From assembly GCA_000004985.1 (NCBI GenBank), contig GG738935.1: 64,000 bases of DNA; one strand, given 5' to 3'. The notes under the pieces were generated by a model. It saw nothing but the letters and a program-made list of their open reading frames with translations, had not been told where the DNA came from and ran no database searches. Source of the stretch: Naegleria gruberi (taxonomy: Eukaryota). Shown one piece after another: positions 11,298-20,916 of the stretch; the stretch's first letter is position 1, and each line of letters begins with the position of its first letter. The translations under genes were made by a program, and so were the position numbers.

Positions 11298-11535
11298 TAG
11301 TGGTGGTGATTCATTCATTAAATTTTATTGGGGATTAGGTTCAGATGAAACTAAAAAGGTAATTGACACTTCAACTGATACAGAAGATATTATGGCTGAA
11401 AAATTACAACCTGCAATGACAAGTGTCAGATTAAATTTAAATAATAAGGAAGTTTTTGTTGGTTTTGCAGGTGAAATTGAATTATTTCATTCCAATGATT
11501 GGTTCTATTAGAAAGTAATTTAAAAATTATAAAAA

Positions 11536-11775
11536 TTAAAATTCTTCTTCTTCAGTTGAATAATTATCCTCTTGTAACTTTTCCAAATTAGTTTTACCAT
11601 TATTAAAATAAATATCATCTTCTCTATTCATTTCATCATTCTGTTCATCTTCATCATCATCACTATTAAAATTTTCATCTCTTCCCTTTTTAAAATTATT
11701 TAAAGATGGAGCATTGGATTGATTTGTATAACCAAAACAAAAAGATTGAAATCCACCTACTCCATTTAGTAACAT
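11536..11775 (-). CDS. Small acidic protein, copy 1 (hypothetical)
   Basis: 79-aa ORF MLLNGVGGFQSFCFGYTNQSNAPSLNNFKKGR...acidic D/E-rich...NNGKTNLEKLQEDNYSTEEEEF. The frame is open a further 13 codons upstream (GWFHSDIFEKSQ), so there may be an upstream exon. Its paralogue is at 12489..12743. Confidence 0.4.
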   Translation of the reverse strand: MLLNGVGGFQSFCFGYTNQSNAPSLNNFKKGRDENFNSDDDEDEQNDEMNREDDIYFNNGKTNLEKLQEDNYSTEEEEF

Positions 11776-11990
11776 TTGAGATTTTTCAAATATATCTGAA
11801 TGAAACCATCCTCTTTTAAGGCCTTATTTTTTTAAATTTATATTTTTAGAATTTGAAATATTTTTTAATAATTCTTTCTAAATTTATATTTTAAATTTTT
11901 CCCACACCAATTTAGTGACTGTTTTCTATTATGTTATTAAAATATTAACAATTTTGAATATAATTTATTGTAAATTTCCATAATTAGAAA

Positions 11991-12402
11991 TTAAAAAGCA
12001 ATAAAACTAATAATTAAAATCAAAAATAAACCACCAAAACCACCACCACTCATCAATGTATTAGCACTATTAAAAGTAGGATCACCCATCACATTAACAT
12101 TCAATCTAGATTCTAAAAATTTACCACTCTGTACATATTTAGCTAACAATGTAACAGTTTGATTTTGTTTTGATTTTATAATAGCACCACTAAAATCACC
12201 AATTCCACCCTCAGAAAAATACGATCTACCACTATCAATATTATATAAAACAAGTGGTGAAATTCCATTTTCAATTCTCAATGAAACACTTGCTTTGGTG
12301 GAGAGTGTTGAATTTTGTGAATCTCTTAAATAGGTTTTAAAATTAATTAAATCACCACTATTAATTATACTCTTATCAGATGTTAATAATATATTATTAA
12401 CT
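11991..12402 (-). CDS. Secreted cysteine-rich GPI-anchored-type protein, copy 1 (5' part lost in gap)
   Basis: The C-terminal 137 codons are about 98% identical to the protein at 13546..14415. They end in SGGGFGGLFLILIISFIAF*, a small-residue omega region followed by a hydrophobic tail, which suggests a GPI anchor signal. The frame is open up to the N gap at 12403. Confidence 0.55.
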
Positions 12403-12452
12403 NNNNNNNNNNNNNNNNNNNNNNNNNNNNNNNNNNNNNNNNNNNNNNNNNN
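12403..12452. other. assembly gap (50 N) inside the tandem duplication
   Basis: Run of n. The flanks are repeat copies, so this is probably a collapsed or unresolved repeat. Confidence 1.
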
Positions 12453-12488
12453 AATGATTGGTTCTATTAGAAAGTAATTTAAAAATTA

Positions 12489-12743
12489 TTAAAATTCTTC
12501 TTCTTCAGTTGAATAATTATCCTCTTGTAACTTTTCCAAATTAGTTTTACCATTATTAAAACAAATATCATCTTCACTATCACTAACATCATTCATTTCA
12601 TCATTTTGTTCATAATCATCCAGTTCATCACTAATAAAATTTTCAATTCTTCCCTTTTTAAAATTATTTAAAGATGGAGCATTGGATTGATTTGTATAAC
12701 CAAAACAAAAAGATTGAAATCCACCTACTCCATTTAGTAACAT
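12489..12743 (-). CDS. Small acidic protein, copy 2 (hypothetical)
   Basis: 84-aa paralogue of 11536..11775. The N-terminal 32 and C-terminal 25 residues are identical. The central acidic segment has diverged (DENFNSDDDEDEQNDEMNREDD vs IENFISDELDDYEQNDEMNDVSDSEDD). Confidence 0.4.
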   Translation of the reverse strand: MLLNGVGGFQSFCFGYTNQSNAPSLNNFKKGRIENFISDELDDYEQNDEMNDVSDSEDDICFNNGKTNLEKLQEDNYSTEEEEF

Positions 12744-13545
12744 TTGAGATTTTTCAAATATATCTGAATGAAACCATCCTCTTTCAATACCTTTTTAAAT
12801 TTATATTTTTAGAATTTGAAATATTTTTTAATAATTCTCTTCTTTCTAAATTTGTGTAAAAATATCAAAATAATATTAATGAATGTATATTTTCCATAGA
12901 TGGTAAGTAATAAGTACTTATAGAAGAAGTAGTATATGATATTAAATGTGTTGGTTTGTTTAAATTATGAATTTTACTTTTTAATTTTTCATTTGTTTGA
13001 AAATTCCAAATACTAATTCTACCAATATGTTTTTTATCATTTAAAATATTTTCAATTTCATTTATAATTAAATAATTTTTTAAATTTTTTAAAAAGATAA
13101 AAAAATAAAATCTTGTGGATTTTCTGCAATTTCATTAAATTTAAATTCAATTGATTGTTCATTATGAACTGGTTCTAAAAATAATCTAAAATTCTTTTTT
13201 TGTAATTTTGGTAATTTTGAATCTTGAATAAAATCCAGCAATGAACACAATAAACAAGTGTTTTTTTTACTTGATGCTTTTATTACATGGTAATAGATAG
13301 TACTATTTGTGTATTCTTTGAAATACTGAAATAAAACCCATTGTCATCGATCATTTATTAAACTTTCATTCTTTTTGAAATCAAACATTGATCATCTGAC
13401 TAAGGTGATTGTATGATTTCTCCTCTATGATCAACTCCCCATCATTTAGTGAACATTTTCTATTAATTATGTCATTAAAAATATTTAATAATTATGATAT
13501 AAACAATTTTGAATATATTTTATTGTAAATTTCCATAATTAGAAA

Positions 13546-14415
13546 TTAAAAAGCAATAAAACTAATAATTAAAATCAAAAATAAACAACCAAAACCACCA
13601 CCACTCATCAATGTATTAGCACTATTAAAAGTAGGATCACCCATCACATTAACATTCAATCTAGATTCTAAAAATTTACCACTCTGTACATATTTAGCTA
13701 ACAATGTAACAGTTTGATTTTGTTTTGATTTTATCATAGCACCACTAAAATCACCAATTCCACCCTCAGAAAAATACGATCTTCCACTATCAATATTATA
13801 TAAAACAAGTGGTGAAATTCCATTTTCAATTCTCAATGAAACACTTGCTTTGGTGGAGAGTGTTGAATTTTGTGAATCTCGTAAATAGGTTTTAAAATTA
13901 ATTAAATCACCACTATTAATTATACTCTTATCAGATGTTAATAATAAATTATTAACTGTAATGGTCTTATCAGTACAATATGACATGGTGTCAAATTGAG
14001 ATGAAGTACAACTAAAACCATTACTATCACAAGTAAAATAGGTTATATATCTATTAATAGAAGTATCTGTCATGAATGAAGAACCTTGATAACATGAAAC
14101 TGAACCAGATGATGATAAACCACTCAAACCACTACCACCTGTATTACTATTATCACTGTATGGCATTGTTTTAACTGTAATTTTATCAGATGAAGATTTC
14201 AATTGAACTGAAATGTAACTAACATAGGTATTTGGTGCATAATCACAATAAGCAGTTGCTACATTATATTGATTTGGTTTAATATTACAAGTAAATCCAC
14301 CACAATTACAATATTCACATTTACATTCATTACTATCACATTTAATGAAATTAATTAACAAGAATACAAATAGAGTTAATAGTGTTGATGTGATCCAATG
14401 TTTGTTGTTGAACAT
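13546..14415 (-). CDS. Secreted cysteine-rich GPI-anchored-type protein, copy 2
   Basis: Probable start at MFNNKHWITSTLLTLFVFLLINFIKC (signal peptide; ATG at 14413..14415 in an aaaaaaaaATG context). The ORF-track start at 14514 is 33 codons further upstream. The mature protein is Cys-rich (CKCEYCNCGGFTCN...) with many S/T/N. The C-terminus is SGGGFGCLFLILIISFIAF*. Confidence 0.6.
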   Translation of the reverse strand: MFNNKHWITSTLLTLFVFLLINFIKCDSNECKCEYCNCGGFTCNIKPNQYNVATAYCDYAPNTYVSYISVQLKSSSDKITVKTMPYSDNSNTGGSGLSGLSSSGSVSCYQGSSFMTDTSINRYITYFTCDSNGFSCTSSQFDTMSYCTDKTITVNNLLLTSDKSIINSGDLINFKTYLRDSQNSTLSTKASVSLRIENGISPLVLYNIDSGRSYFSEGGIGDFSGAMIKSKQNQTVTLLAKYVQSGKFLESRLNVNVMGDPTFNSANTLMSGGGFGCLFLILIISFIAF

Positions 14416-14746
14416 TTTTTTTTTGTTGTTGAAGAAATTAAAATCTCTCTTCAGTTTCGAATATTTGAGCAAGTTGTTGAACTTCAGTTCAGTGAAGATG
14501 ACTGTTGATTTCATTTTGTTTTCATGTGGTGACCTTAGCGTATCATGGAAATAACCTACTTGCCTTTATTGGAAACAAACTTCAGTTGAAATATTTCATT
14601 TACAATACATTACAGCTCTAATTATTGTATTGAAAGAAATTTACACTTTACAAATGTTGTTTCATGATAAATTTCAATTATGAACTTGAAGGTTAAATTT
14701 CATCATTCTTTTCATTTCATTTATTTAAAAATAGATTTAAAAAAAA

Positions 14747-15682
14747 ATGTTCAATTCCCTTCCTTCAAAATTACAATCACACATTTTTCAAGATAAAATC
14801 AGAGCTCTATCCAATATAATAGTACCATCCTATTCAAATGAACATGTGATTGGAATTGGTGATTTAAATTTAGAATTATTTAATTTGGAAAGGAATGAAT
14901 TTATTAAATATAAAGAATCAGATAAATTAAATAATTTAAATATAGGATCAATATATTCATTACAATATAATAATTTAAATAATACATTATTAATAGGTAG
15001 ACATGATGGTTCTATTCAAATATTTGATTTAACAAATTTAAAATATTTAAATACATTTAAAAATCATTGTAATACTGTTAAATGTTTTACAATGAATATT
15101 GAAAATGAACATTTATTTTATAGTGGATCATATGATGGAACTATACAATTATGGGATGATAGAAAATTACAATCTTCATTGAAAACAAGTATAAAACATT
15201 CTGGATATGTAAATTCTTTATGTTTTTACAATAATCAAATTTATTCAACTTCCATAGATGGAATTTCTATTTTTGATTCAAATAATTTAAAATTAATTTC
15301 AAAATCAAAACAAAAAAGTGAAATTTTATCTTCATGTCATTTATCAACAGGTGAAAATTCATCACATTTATATTTTTCATCCAAAGATGGAAGTGTTAAA
15401 ATATTTGACATGAATTGTAATCAAGTCATTTTCACATTAAATGAAATTGATCAAATTTCAATGAATGCAATGGATTGTAATTTGAATAGATTATATTCAT
15501 GTAATAATCAAGGTCAAGTTAAAGAATTTGATTTGGAAAATTTATATGAAATTCAAACATTTGAAACCAAATCAATGAATGATTTAAAAAATATGGATAG
15601 TTCAATACGTTCATGTTTACTGTGTGAAAATTTACTTTTATTAGGAATTCAATCTAGAAAGATAAAGGTATTACTTTTATAG
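14747..15682 (+). CDS. WD40-repeat protein
   Basis: 311-aa ORF with WD-repeat signatures (GRHDGSIQIFD, GSYDGTIQLWDD, SSKDGSVKIFD). Single exon, aaaaaaaATG start context. Confidence 0.7.
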   Translation: MFNSLPSKLQSHIFQDKIRALSNIIVPSYSNEHVIGIGDLNLELFNLERNEFIKYKESDKLNNLNIGSIYSLQYNNLNNTLLIGRHDGSIQIFDLTNLKYLNTFKNHCNTVKCFTMNIENEHLFYSGSYDGTIQLWDDRKLQSSLKTSIKHSGYVNSLCFYNNQIYSTSIDGISIFDSNNLKLISKSKQKSEILSSCHLSTGENSSHLYFSSKDGSVKIFDMNCNQVIFTLNEIDQISMNAMDCNLNRLYSCNNQGQVKEFDLENLYEIQTFETKSMNDLKNMDSSIRSCLLCENLLLLGIQSRKIKVLLL

Positions 15683-16295
15683 TTCAGAATCAAACATGAT
15701 TGAGAATGATACTGACATGGAAAAATGACATGTCCGTGCTGAATTGTAATTAAAACATTTTCATTCTGTTCTTTAATTATTCGAAACGTGATTAAAAATA
15801 ATAATTGTTAAATTTGCCTTCTTCTGCAGAATTGATTTTAGTTTGAAAAAATCAATTCTACAAGTAACTATCGCAAGCAAGGTTAAACTCTCCCTCTGGT
15901 CTTTCTTACAAAAAACCTAATTTTGTTGTAAGTTTTCACGGGATTTTCTGAGAACTAAGAAATGAAATAGTTAGATTTGACTATCAGCTATTTACTGTCT
16001 TGAGAGAGGAGAAAAACTTACTCGTAATTATAAAAGACAGCCAAAAAAAGGAATTCTCAATAAGGAACAAGTTCAAAGTGAACTTTCAGAATTCTTAAAT
16101 CAAAAATAAAAAGAAAGTGAGTTTGAAATATTTCGATAATGAACGTGTTTAATAAGAATTAAAAGTCGTTGAATTTTTTTGAAAACCAAGCAAAGGGTTG
16201 CTTTAAATACCATTCTAAATTGCATTCATTCAATGACATGTTTCCTTTAATCATAAGTGATAATGTTTAAGGCAAGTATTGAAAATATTTCTTTG

Positions 16296-16368
16296 CTACA
16301 AGTAGCTCAGCAGGGAGAGCATCGGACTGCAGATCCGTAGGTCGTGAGTTCAAGTCTCACCTTGTGGC
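16296..16368 (+). tRNA. tRNA-Cys (anticodon GCA)
   Basis: Cloverleaf folds by hand. Acceptor stem CTACAAG/CTTGTGG (one G-U pair). D-arm GCTC-AGCAGGGA-GAGC. Anticodon arm TCGGA-CT GCA GA-TCCGT (U33 present, one U-U pair at the stem end). Variable loop AGGTC. T-arm GTGAG-TTCAAGT-CTCAC. Followed by a TTTTT run typical of a Pol III terminator at 16374..16378. Confidence 0.8.
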
Positions 16369-16561
16369 AACTGTTTTTCATCTTACCTTTTTCTCTAAAT
16401 AAAAACCTGTTTTCTCGAAAGTGTTTGTGTTTATTATAAATTAAGCTTAATTAAAAGCGCAATTAAGATTTTGGTGAATGTGATATTGGGTGAAGAGGGA
16501 ATGAGAATGGATTGGTGTTAATTAAAATGGGTGGTAAAAGATTTGTTGGTGTGGGATTGAA

Positions 16562-17986
16562 TTATATTTGCACAGAATCTACCATCTTGGCACAGACTCT
16601 TGAGGCAGACAACTTGTCTTCCTTCTTATACTTATTAACAGCAGCAACCAATGGTTTGGTATGAGCATCACGTCTTTGTGAAGAAATCTTCTTCAAATAT
16701 TTCAACATTACTCTAGCACATGGTAAAATATCTTCTTCAGACTTTTCAGTATAATGTTGTAACACCAAATCCCATTGTTCCAAGTCTTGTGTCAAATGTT
16801 TTGATAAATAGACAGCTGCACAGGCAATTGTAGATGGTGTAAACTCTAATTGAGCATAGTCCATCAATGACAATTCACTCAAGTAAATGGCAATAAATGT
16901 TTGAAGTTCTGTACATCTACCACATTTAAGATAACGTTTGAGGAAAACATTAGAGGAAGCAACTGTCAAATTGAAATCTAAAACTTGAAGCATAATTCTT
17001 TCCATTCTTAAAACTTCATCTCTAGTGTAAGCATCCTTTGTAATCTTTACAAAGTCAGCAACAATTGGACTAGAAATTTCTTCATATTTTGAAGCAATAA
17101 ACATTGCAGTGATACCAAGTAATTGAAGACGTTGTCTCGAAACTGCCTTTTCAGAAAGGAATCTATCTACAAGGTTAATAGTCAAGTAAAGAGTTTCAGG
17201 AACCAAAAGGAATTTACAATGAACATCAATAAGCCAATCAATGAGAATTGCTCTCATTTGCGGTTGTAAATCTTGTTGTCTTCCCATATAATTTGAATCA
17301 GGTAAATACTTCTTCTCTATCGATTTATAATGATTAACAATATCCTTGATATATTCAGTACAGTGTTGTGGATCATAACAATCCTTTTCGTCAATCTTTG
17401 GACTACTAATCAAAAGGGAAGCCTTCTTTGGTGGTGGAGATTGAGCTTCTTTCAGAGTAATATTATGTTGTGGAGTAATGAGATTAATGGAAGTGGTAGT
17501 ATTAATAGAGGTGGTAGAATTAAAAGACGAAAGGCTACTAGGTGTAATCAAGGAATGTGTGTTATGTGGAGGGATACAAGTTGGTACAAAGGTGTTAGTG
17601 GTAGATTGTGGTTGTTGGATCAATGTAGTAGTAGTAGCAGTTGTGGTGGTAGTGGTGGTAGTTGTAGTATTATTATTGGTGAGTTTAGGAACCATATGGA
17701 GTTTAATATTCTCCTTGCTATTATTTAAATTGTTAGTCAAAGGCTTTGCTTTGAATGGAAGGGATGAAGCCTTTGGTAAGTGATGAACCTGATTAGAAAT
17801 ATCACCTAGACATGTTCTTTGTGTCGTATTGTTAATAGTATTTGTTGTACTAGATAGATATGGCTTAGAGGTTGGTTTAATATTAGGATTTGATAACATC
17901 ATCTTGTTCGATGTTGCTGGGTGAACAGAGGGAACAAAAGCGTTTTCATCAGTCATTGTTGTACCTCTATTACTATTATTAAACAT
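16562..17986 (-). CDS. cycB: B-type (G2/mitotic) cyclin
   Basis: 474 aa. The N-terminal destruction box is RTCLGDISN (RxxLGxIxN). The cyclin box reads MRAILIDWLIDVHCKFLLVPETLYLTINLVDRFL...LQLLGITAMFIASKYEE. A second, C-terminal cyclin fold is present. Poly-T and poly-N tracts precede the box. Confidence 0.85.
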   Translation of the reverse strand: MFNNSNRGTTMTDENAFVPSVHPATSNKMMLSNPNIKPTSKPYLSSTTNTINNTTQRTCLGDISNQVHHLPKASSLPFKAKPLTNNLNNSKENIKLHMVPKLTNNNTTTTTTTTTTATTTTLIQQPQSTTNTFVPTCIPPHNTHSLITPSSLSSFNSTTSINTTTSINLITPQHNITLKEAQSPPPKKASLLISSPKIDEKDCYDPQHCTEYIKDIVNHYKSIEKKYLPDSNYMGRQQDLQPQMRAILIDWLIDVHCKFLLVPETLYLTINLVDRFLSEKAVSRQRLQLLGITAMFIASKYEEISSPIVADFVKITKDAYTRDEVLRMERIMLQVLDFNLTVASSNVFLKRYLKCGRCTELQTFIAIYLSELSLMDYAQLEFTPSTIACAAVYLSKHLTQDLEQWDLVLQHYTEKSEEDILPCARVMLKYLKKISSQRRDAHTKPLVAAVNKYKKEDKLSASRVCAKMVDSVQI

Positions 17987-18620
17987 TCCGTAGAGTTTGG
18001 TGTGTGGTGGTATTATATTGTAGTGGTATTATTTAAAGAGAGAGTATTGATGATGATGTATCGTTGTTGGGCAAGTGTATCTCGGTGAGTGTCAGGGTAT
18101 GTTGCCAATTTTTTTAATTGCTAATTTTTTAAAAACTGTTTGTGAAACGGCTAGAAATTTGCCATAGAATAAATTAAACGACTGTTGCAAAACCGTTACA
18201 GTTTGTAACTGAATTTAAAGAGAATCAAAAAGATTGCGCCATGTTCCCGCAATCTATTTTACACCAATTCTCTCTGCAAGATTGACATTGAATGTAAAGA
18301 GATGGTATCGTCGATGACATTTGGGTAACTTTCAATCAGTGGACATCGTAATTATAAAGTACTGTTTGCTAACTAATTCTTAAACTGCCAAACAGTGTTT
18401 CTCATCAATTTGTACAATTTCAATAATAACATTTAGTGTTTGAATTTGTTTCATCATGAATCAAAAAACAAGATTGTTATTTAAAATTGATAATTTTAAA
18501 CAATTTAAACTATTAAATATAAAAGTAAGCTTACTTATTTGTAAATATTTAACCAAGGATCTTCTCCTTAATAGTTAGTTCTCATTTATTGGTGAATGAT
18601 TAAATAAATTTGGAATAATA

Positions 18621-19185
18621 TTATTTAATCTTAATTTCAGATAAAGGTTTATATCCATTCTTGTTAGTATTTGTATTAACGAGTGATTTAAAAAGAGGAT
18701 CATCAGGAAATGATTTCTGCCTCTCTCTAATTAATTCAGATAAATGTTTTTTAAAAGATTGTCTCCTTCCTAATATGTAGCATCCTAAAAATATTGTTAA
18801 TCCACTAAATAAAGGAATTAAAAAAGGTTCAGCTTTTTGAATAATCCAATTAGAACTTTCATTCACTGTATTTACAATATCATTTAAATTTTCATCAAGT
18901 TTTTGTTCATTTCGTTGTTGTGATAATAATGCTCTTTTCCTTTTAATTTCCTCTATTCGAAGTTCTATATCAGAATGATGAAATGCCATTGAACCAAAGG
19001 CACACCAAGCCGCCACAGAAGAGCATAGGGCACCTATTGTAGACCATCTCTGACTTGTTAATTCAGTTTTTATCAAAGATTGATGTTTCGATAAATTAAC
19101 CTTTAAAAAAGGCTTCGGAACAATTCATCAAAATTCTACAACTTACTACCACTTGAAATAATTCCGTTATTGGATATCTATTCAT
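18621..19185 (-). CDS. Hypothetical small two-pass membrane protein (two exons)
   Basis: Exon 1 (19147..19185) encodes MNRYPITELFQVV. It splices (GTAAGT donor, intron 19101..19146, acceptor AAG, phase 0) into exon 2 (18621..19100), which encodes VNLSKHQSLIKTELTSQRWSTIGALCSSVAAWCAFGSMAF (TM1)...coiled region...PFLIPLFSGLTIFLGCYILG (TM2)... No family recognised. Confidence 0.5.
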
Positions 19186-19502
19186 TTTCAAAAAGAGAGT
19201 AAAAAAACAACTTGTGTTTTATCGGTGCTGAGTGATGATGATTAATGCAAGGGAAAAGTTTTTAGCCTGAAACATGTGAAGATTATTTTTTTCTAAATTT
19301 TAAATTGATTGATTGTAAACCAATTCAAATTTGTCAAGCCTTGGTGATGATAGAAAAATTATTATTCTCTGAGAAAATTGATACAAGTTTGGAGAATGAA
19401 TTTATTTGCTGATTGGATGTTGTTTAAAATGTTTGCAATTTAGAAATTGTTCAAAAGGATTTTAAAATATTTGTTTTTTTAATATTTAAAAAAAAATAAA
19501 CA

Positions 19503-20916
19503 ATGTCTGCCAAGGCAAAGTAAGTTGAAGATGATTCTGTTTTACTAGTAGTAGTAACCGACGTTTATTATAGAAAACCTTTCAAATCAAAATCATCAAC
19601 CACTTCTTCTATCTTCTCATCATCTAATAACAACAACAAAATCGTAAATGTTATTGCAACTCCGATAGTAGTCAATCAACAACCTTCTAAAAATTCAATT
19701 AGTAAAAACAATCCTGTAGATAAATATTTAACAACTCTGGGAATTGAGGATAGACCTAATGATTTAACAGAATTTTGTAATAAATTATTTAAAAAGTGTA
19801 GCACTGATAGAGACAAACAATTCGTGGAAAATTATTTAAGTGCTTTATTAAAGAAACATATTGGTTCTGATTCATTATTTACAAACGATTGGGAAAACAT
19901 ACCATTGCCAGAGTAAGTATATTGTAAATGATTAATTCTAATTTCAAATTTAAAGTCTACCTTCATCATGGGAAACTACTAGTAATGCTTTAAAAATTCA
20001 AGATAATAATGAATCATCATCGAGTCTACCAAAGATACCAAAGTTAGCTAAAAAGAGAACTAGTGAAGAAATATCAAATAATAGTAATGTTCTATCTAAA
20101 CCACTATCACTAATTCTTGANNNNNNNNNNNNNNNNNNNNNNNNNNNNNNNNNNNNNNNNNNNNNNNNNNACATCTAATGTATTGAATCCTGAAGATTTA
20201 GACCATACCATATTCTTATTCAATCTCTAACTTTTGTAGTCTCCAAATATGAAAAAGGAGAGGCAAACTATGAAGATTATTTATGTGAACAATTGAAGGC
20301 CATTAGACAAGATTTAATAGTACAAGGTATTGAAAATGAATTTTCTGTAACTGTTTATGAAACTCATGCAAGATTCGCTTTGCAAAATAGAGATATTAGT
20401 GAATTTAATCAATGTCAAACAAGGTTAAGAGACTTGTATAGTAAGAACTTGAAAGGAAATCAAGCAGAATTCTTGATGTATACAATTCTATATTTGACTT
20501 TGAATAATTCAACAAGTGAACTTGCAAAAGTTTTGAAAACAATCACGATACCGAAATCAAACGACTATGTGAAATATGCCTTGGAATTTAATTCTGACTT
20601 TTCTTTTTTTAATTTTAACAAAATATTTAACACTTTATATCATCAAGCTCCTGCTTTGGGTAAGTCATTAATAGATATTTTTGCAGAAGGTATGAGAAAG
20701 AAGGCAATTAGAATAATGTGTCAATCGCACTCTCCAACAACATTAGAAGTTAATTTTGTGTTGAAATGTATTGGATTACCAAATTTGATGAGGAAGGAAA
20801 AGAACAACTTTTTAAACAAGATGGGAATTCAATTGAGTTCAGATAACAATAATTTAATTGATTGTAAGAGTACAATGCAAAAATATTTGGAAGAGGAGAA
20901 TAAATCATCTGTTTAA
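19503..20916 (+). CDS. LENG8-like SAC3/GANP (PCI) domain protein; multi-exon, interrupted by an assembly gap
   Basis: Exon 4 encodes ...EQLKAIRQDLIVQGIENEFSVTVYETHARFALQNRDISEFNQCQTRLRDLYSKNLKGNQAEFLMYTILY..., which matches the LENG8/SAC3D1 core of the SAC3/GANP domain. Model: 19503..19519 (MSAKAK, GTAAGT donor), 19574..19912, 19956..>20120 (into the gap), then <20240..20916 after the intron acceptor TTTTGTAG. Confidence 0.75.
20121..20170. other. assembly gap (50 N) inside the LENG8-like gene
   Basis: Run of n. Confidence 1.

Larger units (their letters stand above)
11470..14520. repeat. Tandem duplication of a two-gene cassette: small acidic protein gene plus GPI-anchored cysteine-rich protein gene. 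Copy 1 is 11470..12402 and copy 2 is 12453..14520, separated by a 50-N gap.
   Basis: 11497..11570 is near-identical to 12453..12530 (aatgattggttctattagaaagtaatttaaaaatta...ttcttcttcttcagttgaataattatcctcttgtaac). 11951..12402 is near-identical to 13512..13960. The encoded proteins are paralogous (see the CDS features). The copy 2 spacer carries an extra ~600 bp. Confidence 0.85.

Noticed and set aside
17330-17783. ORFs 17330..17728 and 17478..17783 on the plus strand
   Set aside because: They are antisense to the cyclin B coding sequence, poly-V and poly-W rich, and come from the poly-T/N codon runs.
18456-18530. Plus-strand ATG followed by 23 codons (MNQKTRLLFKIDNFKQFKLLNIK) and a GTAAGC
   Set aside because: No downstream exon is found in any frame on the plus strand. 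The region is the 3' flank of the minus-strand membrane-protein gene. It is probably a chance ORF in AT-rich DNA.
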